Assembly (NCBI GenBank): GCA_016202815.1
Contig: JACQNZ010000008.1
Coordinates: 33,932-97,931 of the forward strand
DNA: 64,000 nt
Source: Candidatus Aenigmatarchaeota archaeon
GTDB lineage: Archaea; Aenigmatarchaeota; Aenigmatarchaeia; JACPZZ01
Reading direction: 5' to 3'
In this document: positions 9,993 to 18,918 of the stretch, piece by piece
How the letters are laid out: each line of letters opens with the position of its first letter
Position numbering within the stretch: position 1 is the first letter of the stretch
The notes under the pieces: model-generated
The model's input: only the letters and a program-made list of their open reading frames with translations
Databases searched by the model: none
Told to the model about the DNA's origin: nothing
Position numbers and translations under genes: made by a program

Positions 9993-10793
9993 TTATTTCT
10001 TAATGAATTTACCGAGCGGAGCGTTTGATTTGTCCAGGTCCATTCTCATGCCGTCCTCTGCCGCGATGACGCTGGTGCCTGTTTCCTTTGCGGCTTTTTG
10101 CGCCTGTTTTTCCGGCCCGCGCTCGATGACCTTCATCCCGAAATGCTGCAGAACGCACAGTTTCGGGTTAGTCTCTTTTATCAGCGTGATCGAGTTGTCA
10201 AGGTTCATATGCATCGGCCACGTGTCGCTGTCCGGACGAAGCATGTTTATTATCAGCAGGTCCGCGTTTTTGTGGAATTTTTTGAGTTCCGGGAAATATT
10301 CCGTATCCGACGTATAGGAAATGGTTTTCGAGCCTTCGATCCTGAATCCGATGCATGAAGGGTCTGTGTGCCTTGTGGGCGTGGCCTTGACTGTTATGGC
10401 TTTTAAATTGGTTGAATCGCCAGCCTTCATCACAGTCACGCTCTCCAGGGCCTTGAGGTATATTTTCAAGACAGCGGGACTGTCATTGTCGTAGCCTTTT
10501 ATCGCCGAGGCGCTGCCGACCAGCATGCCTTTCGGGTTTTTTGCGCCCTCTGTCATCGCGTCTATCATCGCGTTGCAGTCGTTTGAATGGTCAAGATGTA
10601 CGTGTGAAACCATGACCACGTCGGTGTCTTTTACGTTTACTCCATATTCTTTGGCGCGGACAAGCGCTCCAGGCCCCGGATCCACGTGGATGTTGACGCC
10701 GTCCATTTCTATCCTGAACCCGCCCGTGGCGCGCGCCTGCGTGGCCATTGCATACCTTCCACCGCCGCTTCCCAGGAAGACCAATTTCGTCAT
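9993..10793 (-). CDS. MBL-fold metallo-hydrolase
   Basis: FLGSGGGR, VDPGPG, SHVHLDH and SDT motifs. Confidence 0.9.
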   Translation of the reverse strand: MTKLVFLGSGGGRYAMATQARATGGFRIEMDGVNIHVDPGPGALVRAKEYGVNVKDTDVVMVSHVHLDHSNDCNAMIDAMTEGAKNPKGMLVGSASAIKGYDNDSPAVLKIYLKALESVTVMKAGDSTNLKAITVKATPTRHTDPSCIGFRIEGSKTISYTSDTEYFPELKKFHKNADLLIINMLRPDSDTWPMHMNLDNSITLIKETNPKLCVLQHFGMKVIERGPEKQAQKAAKETGTSVIAAEDGMRMDLDKSNAPLGKFIKK

Positions 10794-10924
10794 TAAACCA
10801 CTAAACAACGAAAAGCTAAAGCTTTTCGTGCACAGGAAACCGTAGATTTCCTATGAGTTTATTCTTAAGACAATTATATAACACTTAAATCGGACAGCAG
10901 AATAAAGTTAATAGGAGTTGAGCC

Positions 10925-10965
10925 GACTGAACCACACCGATACAACATACGATGTGGTTCTGGTT
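10925..10965 (-). repeat. Hairpin element family 1 copy in tRNA-Ala leader
   Basis: GACTG-AACCACA-ccgATACAACATAcga-TGTGGTT-CTGGTT on +, ending 5 nt before tRNA G1. Confidence 0.8.
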
Positions 10966-10970
10966 AAAAC

Positions 10971-11174
10971 GGGCCGGTAGATCAACGGTACAACCCTTTT
11001 CCGCTTCGCGCAAAAGCGTTGACGGAAAAACGCGTTAAAGATCGCGACGTTCGCACAAGCCTTTCTTTCAAAAGAAAGCCTTGAGGGAAAGAAATTAAAT
11101 TGAAATAAAAGCCTTAAGGGAAAAGAAAGCTTTGAAACTCGTCGAGGCTTCGGGTTCGAATCCCGACCGGTCCA
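10971..11174 (+). tRNA. tRNA-Ala(CGC) with two introns (D-loop 20/21: 10990-11038; anticodon 37/38: 11056-11138)
   Basis: Acceptor GGGCCGG/CCGGTCC-A with G3:U70, D-stem GATC/GATC, anticodon stem CGACG/CGTCG, T-loop TTCGAAT. BHB helix AACG/CGTT with GTA and AAA bulges. Confidence 0.93.
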
Positions 11175-11207
11175 CTATTTTTAAGCTTTTAGTGTTATCA
11201 AAAACCC

Positions 11208-12302
11208 ATGGCAATTCTTTCCGACCGTTCAATTAGAGGAGCTTTGGAGAGAGGTATTTTTACACTGGAGCCGTTTGTTCAGTCCAGGCTGGGCCCAGCG
11301 TCAGTTGATGTTTTAGTTGGTGACATTTATCGCATAGACCTTGAAACCGGAAACACCGAACCGATAAAGGATAGGGTAATAGGGAACGGTTATTACTTTG
11401 CTGATTCAATAGAAAACATTTCCATAGACCGGGATAATTTCGACGCAGGCGTAACAACCAGAAGCAGCCCTGCTAGGTGTGGTTTAAAAGTCGAGAGTTT
11501 CGTGGGCAGCGAATTTCATAACTATGCAGTAAACAGAATGAAAAAATTCGGTTTGGGAAATTTGCCGCATGACCAAAGAAAACTTCCTGTGATTCTGAGC
11601 ACCTGTGGTACACGGGTAGAATTGCCTGCTGATTATCCGCCATGTCAATTGGTAATAGCTGAAAAAGGAACATACAAACGGCCGCTAAGTGTAAGCGAGT
11701 TGAAAGAAGCCATCAGAAAAGGAGGCGTGCGGGTAACTGATAACAGCGGCAGAACCGTAATGCCGTTTCATCACCGAGGATATTCTCAGTATGACTCGTT
11801 TCCAGAGGAATCGCCTCATGGCGAATTTCATCTCAGTTTTGTTGACGATGTAAGGGTTTACACGGGTAAAGGAGTGATTTCTCCCCGTTTCGATACAAGC
11901 GATGTTTTTGCATCATTGCATTTGGGTGAAGAATTTGACTTGGGGCCGGGACATTTTTATCTATCCCAGACGTCCGAAAGAGTAACCTTGGGAAACAGGT
12001 ATGTGGGTTTATTGACAAACCGTGATATGCCGTATCAGGTTGGTGTACACGCTAACGCGCCATTTATATGGCCGGGATCAGACGGTTCCCAAATTTTTGA
12101 ATTGTGGTCGTTATTTTCTATACCCTTGCTCGAAATCCTGGGAAAAGAAGGAATGAGATCGCACATATCGCGTGAGAACGCTTGTCATTTGTTGGTCTAC
12201 CCTTTGACAGAAGAACCGGAACATTCTTATGGCACCAGGCCAAAAGACAAATACCGTGGCCAAAGTTCTATCGGATATAAAGGCCACCTGGATTTTTCAT
12301 AG
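11208..12302 (+). CDS. dCTP deaminase-like protein with two dUTPase-fold domains
   Basis: MAILSDRSI, LGPASVD, TRSSPARCGL, NAPFIWPG...IFE and C-terminal KYRGQ. Confidence 0.75.
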   Translation: MAILSDRSIRGALERGIFTLEPFVQSRLGPASVDVLVGDIYRIDLETGNTEPIKDRVIGNGYYFADSIENISIDRDNFDAGVTTRSSPARCGLKVESFVGSEFHNYAVNRMKKFGLGNLPHDQRKLPVILSTCGTRVELPADYPPCQLVIAEKGTYKRPLSVSELKEAIRKGGVRVTDNSGRTVMPFHHRGYSQYDSFPEESPHGEFHLSFVDDVRVYTGKGVISPRFDTSDVFASLHLGEEFDLGPGHFYLSQTSERVTLGNRYVGLLTNRDMPYQVGVHANAPFIWPGSDGSQIFELWSLFSIPLLEILGKEGMRSHISRENACHLLVYPLTEEPEHSYGTRPKDKYRGQSSIGYKGHLDFS

Positions 12303-12383
12303 TTTATGGTTTTTCCATATTTTTAACCATAGCATAGCCTATAAGTTTAAAGTTTATTTACAGTAAAAGAAGAAGAGTTCTAG

Positions 12384-12537
12384 GGGCGCGTAGCTCAGCT
12401 TGGTAACTAGACGCATGCGGAAACTGAAACAGGTGCTCTTAAGTATGCACCTGTTTCTAGCTGCTTTGTGCGTCAGTCGGGAAAAGAGCGTTCGACTGAT
12501 AATCGAAAGGTCCTCGGTTCAAATCCGAGCGTGCCCA
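12384..12537 (+). tRNA. tRNA-Ile(GAT) with 79-nt D-loop intron (12405-12483)
   Basis: Acceptor GGGCGCG/CGTGCCC-A, D-stem GCTC/GAGC interrupted, anticodon arm TTCGA-CTGATAA-TCGAA, T-arm CTCGG-TTCAAAT-CCGAG. Confidence 0.95.
12405..12478 (+). repeat. Nested family-1 hairpin elements (outer 12405-12478, inner inverted 12422-12462)
   Basis: AACTAG-ACGCAT...GTGCGT-CAGTC enclosing AACTG-AAACAGGTGC-loop-GCACCTGTTT-CTAGCT. Confidence 0.85.
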
Positions 12538-12545
12538 CTTTTATT

Positions 12546-13058
12546 TTATAAATCATGTTCGCCAGTGCGTCGCCTAAAATCTTCCAGAAGCGGCCGGTAT
12601 TTGGTTTCTTTCAAACCCCTCGCTATCTCAATGATTTCCTGCGGTGTTTTTACATGGATTTTATTCGCAAGGCCGCGGACAGGAATTCTTTTCATGCAAT
12701 ACGCATCCTTGCCGGCCTGAAGCGTGAAACCAATCACTACCGCGTCCCTGTCTTCGATAAGGCCGTCCGGATTAACAACGTATGCCAAATCCGAAGCTCG
12801 CGACCCGAGAAGCTGGGTTTCCAATTCCTGTTTTCTTGCGATTGCTATATGCTCCTCGCTTCCTGACCACATGGGATCGTATTTTGTTGCGTCTTCGGGG
12901 TCTCTGTAATGGGGCCAGGGAACCAGTGCATCTATTCCTTCTTTCCCGAACTCTTCGTATAAGTTTCGCATTTCCTGGTAAAACCTGAGGCTTCCTATTA
13001 ACGCAACCTTCGGCCAGAATACCCGCTTACGGGCGTTTTCTGTTAAATCTGGAATCAT
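12546..13058 (-). CDS. Hypothetical protein, nucleoside deoxyribosyltransferase-like fold
   Basis: KVALIGSLRF..EM and SDLAYVVNPDG patterns; fold assignment is tentative. Confidence 0.55.
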   Translation of the reverse strand: MIPDLTENARKRVFWPKVALIGSLRFYQEMRNLYEEFGKEGIDALVPWPHYRDPEDATKYDPMWSGSEEHIAIARKQELETQLLGSRASDLAYVVNPDGLIEDRDAVVIGFTLQAGKDAYCMKRIPVRGLANKIHVKTPQEIIEIARGLKETKYRPLLEDFRRRTGEHDL

Positions 13059-13147
13059 AGTTAGCACACGTCTGTCGGTTTTATATACACAAACACAGGT
13101 GGGCAAGGAAAACAAATTTAGCGGTTAAACGGCGCGGCGGAACCCGC

Positions 13148-13558
13148 TTAATTTATCTTGAAATTCCTGTCCACCAGCAGGTGTACGGAGAATCCCAGGA
13201 AACCAAACACCGAAAGCATGATCGCTTTCAGCAGCTCGTCCCAGAAAAACATTCCGACTGCAAAAAGGAACGCGCCGTAAACAAATGCGGTTTTGAAATT
13301 GTGGTAAGGCCGTTCTTCGGTCGAGAACAGCGGCCTGGCCCGTCCGGCTATTACATAATATAAAAACACGGGCGCAAAGAACAGCAGCGCGTATTTTTCC
13401 CGCAGCGTCCATCCCTTTCGCCTGTTATTGGTTTTCTTCACAAGGTATCCTATGTCCGGAAGGAAGCCGCTGTAAAGGAACACGAACAGGGATATGAACA
13501 ACGAAGCAAAGACGCGCGTGTCTAAAGCGGTTCCAATGACCAGGTAGAATACCATCAA
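13148..13558 (-). CDS. Membrane metal-dependent hydrolase-like protein (YdjM-like); open frame extends upstream to ~13720
   Basis: GFLPDI, a central His, GFSVHLLVD and hydrophobic segments. Confidence 0.65.
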   Translation of the reverse strand: MMVFYLVIGTALDTRVFASLFISLFVFLYSGFLPDIGYLVKKTNNRRKGWTLREKYALLFFAPVFLYYVIAGRARPLFSTEERPYHNFKTAFVYGAFLFAVGMFFWDELLKAIMLSVFGFLGFSVHLLVDRNFKIN

Positions 13559-14008
13559 CGGGATTATTAACCTCTTGAAAGCCCACGATATGAAAGCGAA
13601 ATGCTCCGTTATCTCGCTTTCTATTTTCTTGAATGTTGCGAACGGCGGCAGCCTTTTCAGCAGAAGCCTGTCCCAATATTCGCCCAGCCTCTTGCGCGTC
13701 TTTTTGATAATAATCGCCTTTCATAGAATTGGAGCGATTCACAAATATAAGCGAGCAGGGGAAATACATTCTAGTGGTAGTTGCATCCTAAGTCTCGTAT
13801 ATTCAACCTATGCAACACGTGTTGGTGGTCGTCGTATTTCTTGCACAACAGATAACTCAACTATCCATTATGTAACATCACAGTGTCGTATTCGTTTATT
13901 ACCAGCTGCATTCCCATCTGAAATCGGCTAAGTATTAAAACCCAGAGCAGTAAGGAGTTCCGATAGCCATCAATTTAAGCAAACGAAGGAAATAATCATA
14001 TTGGTAAC

Positions 14009-14443
14009 ATGACGCAATGTCCGAACTGTCAGAACAGCGTGCATCTTGTCCAGTCCACGCCGACGGTAATATTATTATGCAAAGGCTGCGGGACTTTTTT
14101 CGACGCTTCCCTGCAGGTTGTCGGCGACCTGAAAGCAGGCCTGGACATGGACAGGATTTCCAACAGCCCGAAAACAGTGGAACGTCCCCGGCAGGAACAA
14201 CCGGCCGAACCGCAGATTTCGGAACAAGAACCTGCGACGGACATCGAAGAACAAAAACCAGAACAGCCCGTAAGGCGGACGGAAAGTATGGCGTCCTTTT
14301 TGTCAGGCAGCGGTTTTTCTTCCGGGTACGGATGCCCGAAATGCGGCTCCGGCATGAAGCCGATGGAGAGCCCCGTCACGGGAAACATTCTTTACACATG
14401 CGCCAAGTGCGGATACACCGGCACGGTTTACGTGAAAAGGTGA
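14009..14443 (+). CDS. Double zinc-ribbon protein
   Basis: CPNC/CKGC at the N-terminus and CPKC/CAKC at the C-terminus, joined by an acidic linker. Confidence 0.7.
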   Translation: MTQCPNCQNSVHLVQSTPTVILLCKGCGTFFDASLQVVGDLKAGLDMDRISNSPKTVERPRQEQPAEPQISEQEPATDIEEQKPEQPVRRTESMASFLSGSGFSSGYGCPKCGSGMKPMESPVTGNILYTCAKCGYTGTVYVKR

Positions 14444-14758
14444 TCAGACTTTCAGCACTACGCCTTCTTTGACGGCTTCGTTCACTATGCTCAGTTCTTT
14501 TTTTCGCTTTTCAAATTCTTCTTCGGTCAGGCATATCACGTCAAGGCTGAATTTGCCTTCTGTCAATTTTATGACCTCTACCATTCTTTGGTGCCAGTCA
14601 TATTTGGAAAATTTGTCAGAAACGATCAGCAAATCGTAATCACTGTCTATCAGATAGTCGCCCCTGGCCCTCGAGCCGAATAATATTACTTTTGAGGGGG
14701 CGAATTTCTTTTTTACTTTGCGTAAGAACATTCTTATTTCATTTGTTTGAACAGCCAT
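14444..14758 (-). CDS. Minimal nucleotidyltransferase (MNT antitoxin)
   Basis: LFGSRARGD...SDYDLLIV (GSx10DxD). Confidence 0.9.
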   Translation of the reverse strand: MAVQTNEIRMFLRKVKKKFAPSKVILFGSRARGDYLIDSDYDLLIVSDKFSKYDWHQRMVEVIKLTEGKFSLDVICLTEEEFEKRKKELSIVNEAVKEGVVLKV

Positions 14759-15113
14759 TTTAACAACCTGTCCGCTGATTTCAATTTTTCCTGCGCCTTG
14801 GTTTTATCGTATAACTCGGCAGGCGTAGCACCCGCAATATCAGGGTACCTGGTTATTGTTGCATCCGGAGTAAGGTCTGCTGCTATACGTTGGAGATCCT
14901 TTGGAAGTCTAAGCTTTTCAGCCAGTCTTAGTAGATTGTGTATCTTAGGGGTGGGGACTTGAAACGCAGCATGAAAAGGGCCTTCAGAGCTTTCTCAACA
15001 GTCTGTTGTGCAAAAAAAGCGCAGGCGTAATAGTTGCCTGCGGTAAGGCAGTCTTTCGCAGTTTTCATGTCAGCCGCAGCCTGTTTTATCCAGTTTACTA
15101 TTTCTGGTCTCAT
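14734..15113 (-). pseudogene. HEPN domain protein, frameshifted at ~14950
   Basis: MRPEIVNWIKQAAADM...FFAQQTVEKALKA continues in another frame as PKIHNLLRLAEKL...TRYPD...KQMK; one base is missing in a C-rich run. Confidence 0.8.
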
Positions 15114-15145
15114 AGTATGATTTGTTATGATCACGTAAAAAGCTT

Positions 15146-17167
15146 TTACCTTATTAACGCACCCGTACCGACGTCCTTGTCCGGTTTTAACAAAACAACA
15201 GAGCCGTCCTTCTCCGCGGCTAACATCATGCACTGCGATTCAAGGCCCATGAATTTGACAGGTTTCAAGTTGACAACAACAACCACGTTTTTGCCGATCA
15301 AATCCTGCGCCTTGTAAAACTTGGCCATGCCCGCAATGCACTGCCGGGTTTCATTTCCGATGTCGACCATCAATTTCAGTAATTTTTCGGACTTGGGCAC
15401 GTTTTCCGCCGATGTCACCTTCCCGATTCTTATGTCCAATTTCTGGAAATCTTCGATATTTAACAATTCCTTCGCACCCCCCAATTTTTCCAGACGCTTC
15501 CTGATGGAACCGTCTTCGACTTTGTTGAACAATATCTCAGCCGCGTTTATTTTGTGCCCCGGTTTTATTTTCAATTCCGAAGCTGACAGCCAGTCCGCCG
15601 TTTTTACGTTAAGCATGTTGTTTATTTTTTCCGAGGCAAACGGAAGAAATGGCGCGAGAAGTATAGAAAGCGTCCTGCACGCGTTGGCACAGACGTAAAG
15701 GCACGTCTTGTTGTTTTTGTTTTTCCAGGGTTCTTCCAGCTGAAGATAATAATTGCATGCGCTTGAAAATTCAAGTATTTTTTTCAAGGCCCTGTCGTGA
15801 CTGTTGGACTCTATGTCTTTTCCCACGCTTACGGCTATGCATTTTATTTTATCCACCAGTTCGTTTTCCAGCTCCGCGGATCTGGTTTCTAACGTGTCTT
15901 CGGGATCCGGGACAACTCCGCCGAATTTGGTATTTATGAAGGTCAGCGTCCGGTTGACGAAGTTGCCAATGTTGGCTACAAGTTCGTTGTTTATTTTCGC
16001 CTGGAATTCCAGCCAGTCAAAATTGACATCATGCTGCGAGTACGTCGTTATCGACGATAAATAGAAGCGCAAATAGTCCGGGGGAAATTCGTTCAAAAAA
16101 TCTTCTAACGATATGTACCACCCGCGGCTTTTGGAGAATTTCTTGCCCTGCAGCAGCAGGTAGCCGCGCGTAGGTATGTAATCTGGCGCTTTGAACTCGT
16201 TCGTGATCAGCCGGATGGCCGTCATGAACAGGTAATGGTGGTAAACGATGTCTTTTCCTATGTAATGGTATATCTTCGACGAATTCCAGAATTGTTTCGC
16301 CTTTTCCGCGCCGCCAAAATATTTTATCGCCGTTGACGCATAACCTATGGCGTTGTCGAACCAGCCGTAAAAGACTTTGTTGTTTTCATTTGGCACCGGC
16401 ACGCCCCACGGTATGTCGCGGGTTATGTCCCATTCCTTCAGCCCTTCGTCAATCCATTTCAAAACATAATTTTTCACGTCCGCCTGCAGGTTGTTGTTCG
16501 TTAATAACCAGTCGCGCAACTCGTCGGAAAACGCGGATAGCCTGAGGAAACAGTGCTCGCTTTTCTTCCGGACTGGCGTGCGCTTGCATAACGCACAGTG
16601 CTCGTTTTTGATTTCGCCCGGCTCAAACACGCGGCCGCATTTCTCGCAGCCGTCGGAATATTGTTCTTCTGCGTTGCAGTAAGGGCACGTGCCTTTGACA
16701 TAGCGGTCGGGGAGGAATTTCTTGTCGTATTCGCAGTACGGCTGCGAAACGGTTTTCTTGAATATGAAGCCCTTCCTGCCGAGCACGTCGAAAAAATGCT
16801 GCGCCAGTTTTATGTTCTCCTCTGAACTGGTCTTGTGGAATATGTCAAACGAAATGCCGAGTTTTTTGAAGTCTTTTTGGTCACGCTCGTTCCAGAATTT
16901 CACGTAATCTTCCGGTTTTTTATTTTCCTGCTCGGCTTTTATCAGGATCGGCGTCCCGTAATCGTCGGAACCGCAAAGAAAAAGCACTCTGTGGCCGGTC
17001 GAGCGCAAATAACGCGCAAGTATATCCGCAGGCAGATAAGTCGAGGTAATATGCCCGAGGTGTATTTCGCCGTTGGCATAAGGTAATGCAGAAGTTATAA
17101 CTACATTCCCGGCTTTGGCTAAAGAACTCTTCACTCGGCCGGGAATCTTGTCATCAAAAGCGACCAC
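15146..17167 (-). CDS. metG: Methionine--tRNA ligase with C-terminal tRNA-binding domain
   Basis: TSALPYANGEIHLGH, Zn knuckles, KFSKS and a C-terminal Trbp111-like domain. Confidence 0.96.
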   Translation of the reverse strand: MVAFDDKIPGRVKSSLAKAGNVVITSALPYANGEIHLGHITSTYLPADILARYLRSTGHRVLFLCGSDDYGTPILIKAEQENKKPEDYVKFWNERDQKDFKKLGISFDIFHKTSSEENIKLAQHFFDVLGRKGFIFKKTVSQPYCEYDKKFLPDRYVKGTCPYCNAEEQYSDGCEKCGRVFEPGEIKNEHCALCKRTPVRKKSEHCFLRLSAFSDELRDWLLTNNNLQADVKNYVLKWIDEGLKEWDITRDIPWGVPVPNENNKVFYGWFDNAIGYASTAIKYFGGAEKAKQFWNSSKIYHYIGKDIVYHHYLFMTAIRLITNEFKAPDYIPTRGYLLLQGKKFSKSRGWYISLEDFLNEFPPDYLRFYLSSITTYSQHDVNFDWLEFQAKINNELVANIGNFVNRTLTFINTKFGGVVPDPEDTLETRSAELENELVDKIKCIAVSVGKDIESNSHDRALKKILEFSSACNYYLQLEEPWKNKNNKTCLYVCANACRTLSILLAPFLPFASEKINNMLNVKTADWLSASELKIKPGHKINAAEILFNKVEDGSIRKRLEKLGGAKELLNIEDFQKLDIRIGKVTSAENVPKSEKLLKLMVDIGNETRQCIAGMAKFYKAQDLIGKNVVVVVNLKPVKFMGLESQCMMLAAEKDGSVVLLKPDKDVGTGALIR

Positions 17168-17206
17168 GACTATTTGATTAAGTAGGATGTCATATTTAAC
17201 TTTATT

Positions 17207-17590
17207 ATGAGGTTCGAGGAAGCGCCTGACATCCGGGAGTCTGTGCAGAAAATAGTGGCCGCGTTGCGGCTGGACCGCATAGACACGAAAAGGCTTTTTT
17301 TCATGCGCAGTTACGGCTCGAAGGGACGGTCGATAGCAAGGATATGGTCAATGCCCAGGGTCTGGCAGAAAGCCATGGGAATAAAGGCGCATTACGTTAT
17401 AGAGGTTATTGCGGAACGTTTCGACAAACTTGGTTTGGAGGAGCGCGAAAAGACGCTCATTCACGAATTGATGCACATACCAAAGGGCTTTTCCGGCGGG
17501 CTCGTCCCGCACAATTGCTTCGGTAAAAAGATAGACAGGCATTCTGTCGACAGGTTGTTTAACGAGTACAAGCAGAGCTTTCGAACTTAA
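17207..17590 (+). CDS. Putative metallopeptidase
   Basis: LIHELMHIP (HExxH). Confidence 0.75.
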   Translation: MRFEEAPDIRESVQKIVAALRLDRIDTKRLFFMRSYGSKGRSIARIWSMPRVWQKAMGIKAHYVIEVIAERFDKLGLEEREKTLIHELMHIPKGFSGGLVPHNCFGKKIDRHSVDRLFNEYKQSFRT

Positions 17591-17615
17591 ATAACTGACA
17601 GCCGACTTCTGTTCT

Positions 17616-18812
17616 ATGAGGTTCGTTGTTTTGGCGGCCGTGCTGGTGTTTGTCCCCTTTTTTGCGCAGGCACAGGATTATTCAAGCCCTTCCGTAATGA
17701 AGATATCGCAGAGTCCTGCCGTATCAGTTACGGAATTTTGGAATTATTCGTATTCGGAAAGGCCTTTCGAAAACATCGCAGTAAACATCAGCGTGGGGTA
17801 TTATACTTCCGAAGAGAACGTCGTCCATCAGATAGCGGTCAACGCGGCGAACTTGGGAGACCGTCACGTTGTTTTCGGTTCAACCCCGTATTACTGCAGG
17901 ATAGGAACGAACGATTGTAAGCCGTTCGCATGCAATTATTACTCCGGCGAAATGGAATTGGGGCCGCATTCGTCTGGGCAAAGGTATTGCACCATAACAG
18001 CAAACAGCTGCGCAGGCCGCGAAATACGCATGGAATACACGCTTCAGGGCGTTCGTGGAACTGTAATCACGAAAACCGTTGCGAAATGCCCGCAAAAATT
18101 TTGCGATCGGGTGGCGACTTCTGTAAAAGTGCCGGGCATATCTTATGTCGGGGACAAGATCCTGGCAGAAGGCTTCCTTATTGATATGGCCGGCGAAGGC
18201 GTGCCGTCGCACATCGATGTGAAGGCGGGCGGTTACATTATAAAGGTCGCCTCCAACGAGTTCGGTTACTGGTCTGCCCCGTTGGAGATAAGCAAGCCTG
18301 GATATTATGAGTTGTCCGCCATCTCGGAAAGTTGTAGCCGCATCGCAAAGGCGCAATTTCAGTTAGTGCAGAAGGCAGAAAACGTTTCGGAAACGTTCCT
18401 TTCAGTCTATCCGAAAAGCATAGGAGTTGTTCTTGGGGGAAGCGCGCTGCTGGCAATTAATTTGGACAGCGATGAAAAAATTTCGGTTTCCGTATATGGC
18501 GTCCAGGAAGATTGGATAGAACCTGCCAAATTTACCATGTCCCGCGGCATAAGATTTGTTTACATATCGCCTGGCGCGGAAGGGAATTACGAAATTGCAG
18601 TGCGTGCCGGCCGGGAGGAAAGAAACGTCAGCCTGTTCGTTGCGCCTGCAACAATGCCGCGGGTAGAAATGAAAAGCACGCAGGCGGATGCCCTGGTTTT
18701 CGCAACAGGCTTGTTGCTTTTGTTTTATTCAAAATCCGCCTTTAGGGTTCAAACGACACAAAAAAGGGACTATCTGGGCGCTGTAAAAAAAGAAATAGAG
18801 GATCCCGCTTGA
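17616..18812 (+). CDS. Exported membrane-anchored hypothetical protein
   Basis: Signal peptide, beta-rich body and C-terminal TM segment. Confidence 0.75.
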   Translation: MRFVVLAAVLVFVPFFAQAQDYSSPSVMKISQSPAVSVTEFWNYSYSERPFENIAVNISVGYYTSEENVVHQIAVNAANLGDRHVVFGSTPYYCRIGTNDCKPFACNYYSGEMELGPHSSGQRYCTITANSCAGREIRMEYTLQGVRGTVITKTVAKCPQKFCDRVATSVKVPGISYVGDKILAEGFLIDMAGEGVPSHIDVKAGGYIIKVASNEFGYWSAPLEISKPGYYELSAISESCSRIAKAQFQLVQKAENVSETFLSVYPKSIGVVLGGSALLAINLDSDEKISVSVYGVQEDWIEPAKFTMSRGIRFVYISPGAEGNYEIAVRAGREERNVSLFVAPATMPRVEMKSTQADALVFATGLLLLFYSKSAFRVQTTQKRDYLGAVKKEIEDPA

Positions 18813-18918
18813 GCTTTTCGTTTTAATGAGCTCGTAACCGCGCTCCAAGCGTTTTCCCGTCCTTTTTGGCGAATAGATATTTAAGCTTTAGTATCTTCGT
18901 AATGGATAGGCGGTATTA

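Noticed and set aside
11175..12383. Integrated element between tRNA-Ala and tRNA-Ile
   Set aside because: No integrase and no duplicated tRNA 3' end (att site) seen.
12400..12720. 106-aa ORF
   Set aside because: It overlaps tRNA-Ile and the antisense strand of the next gene.
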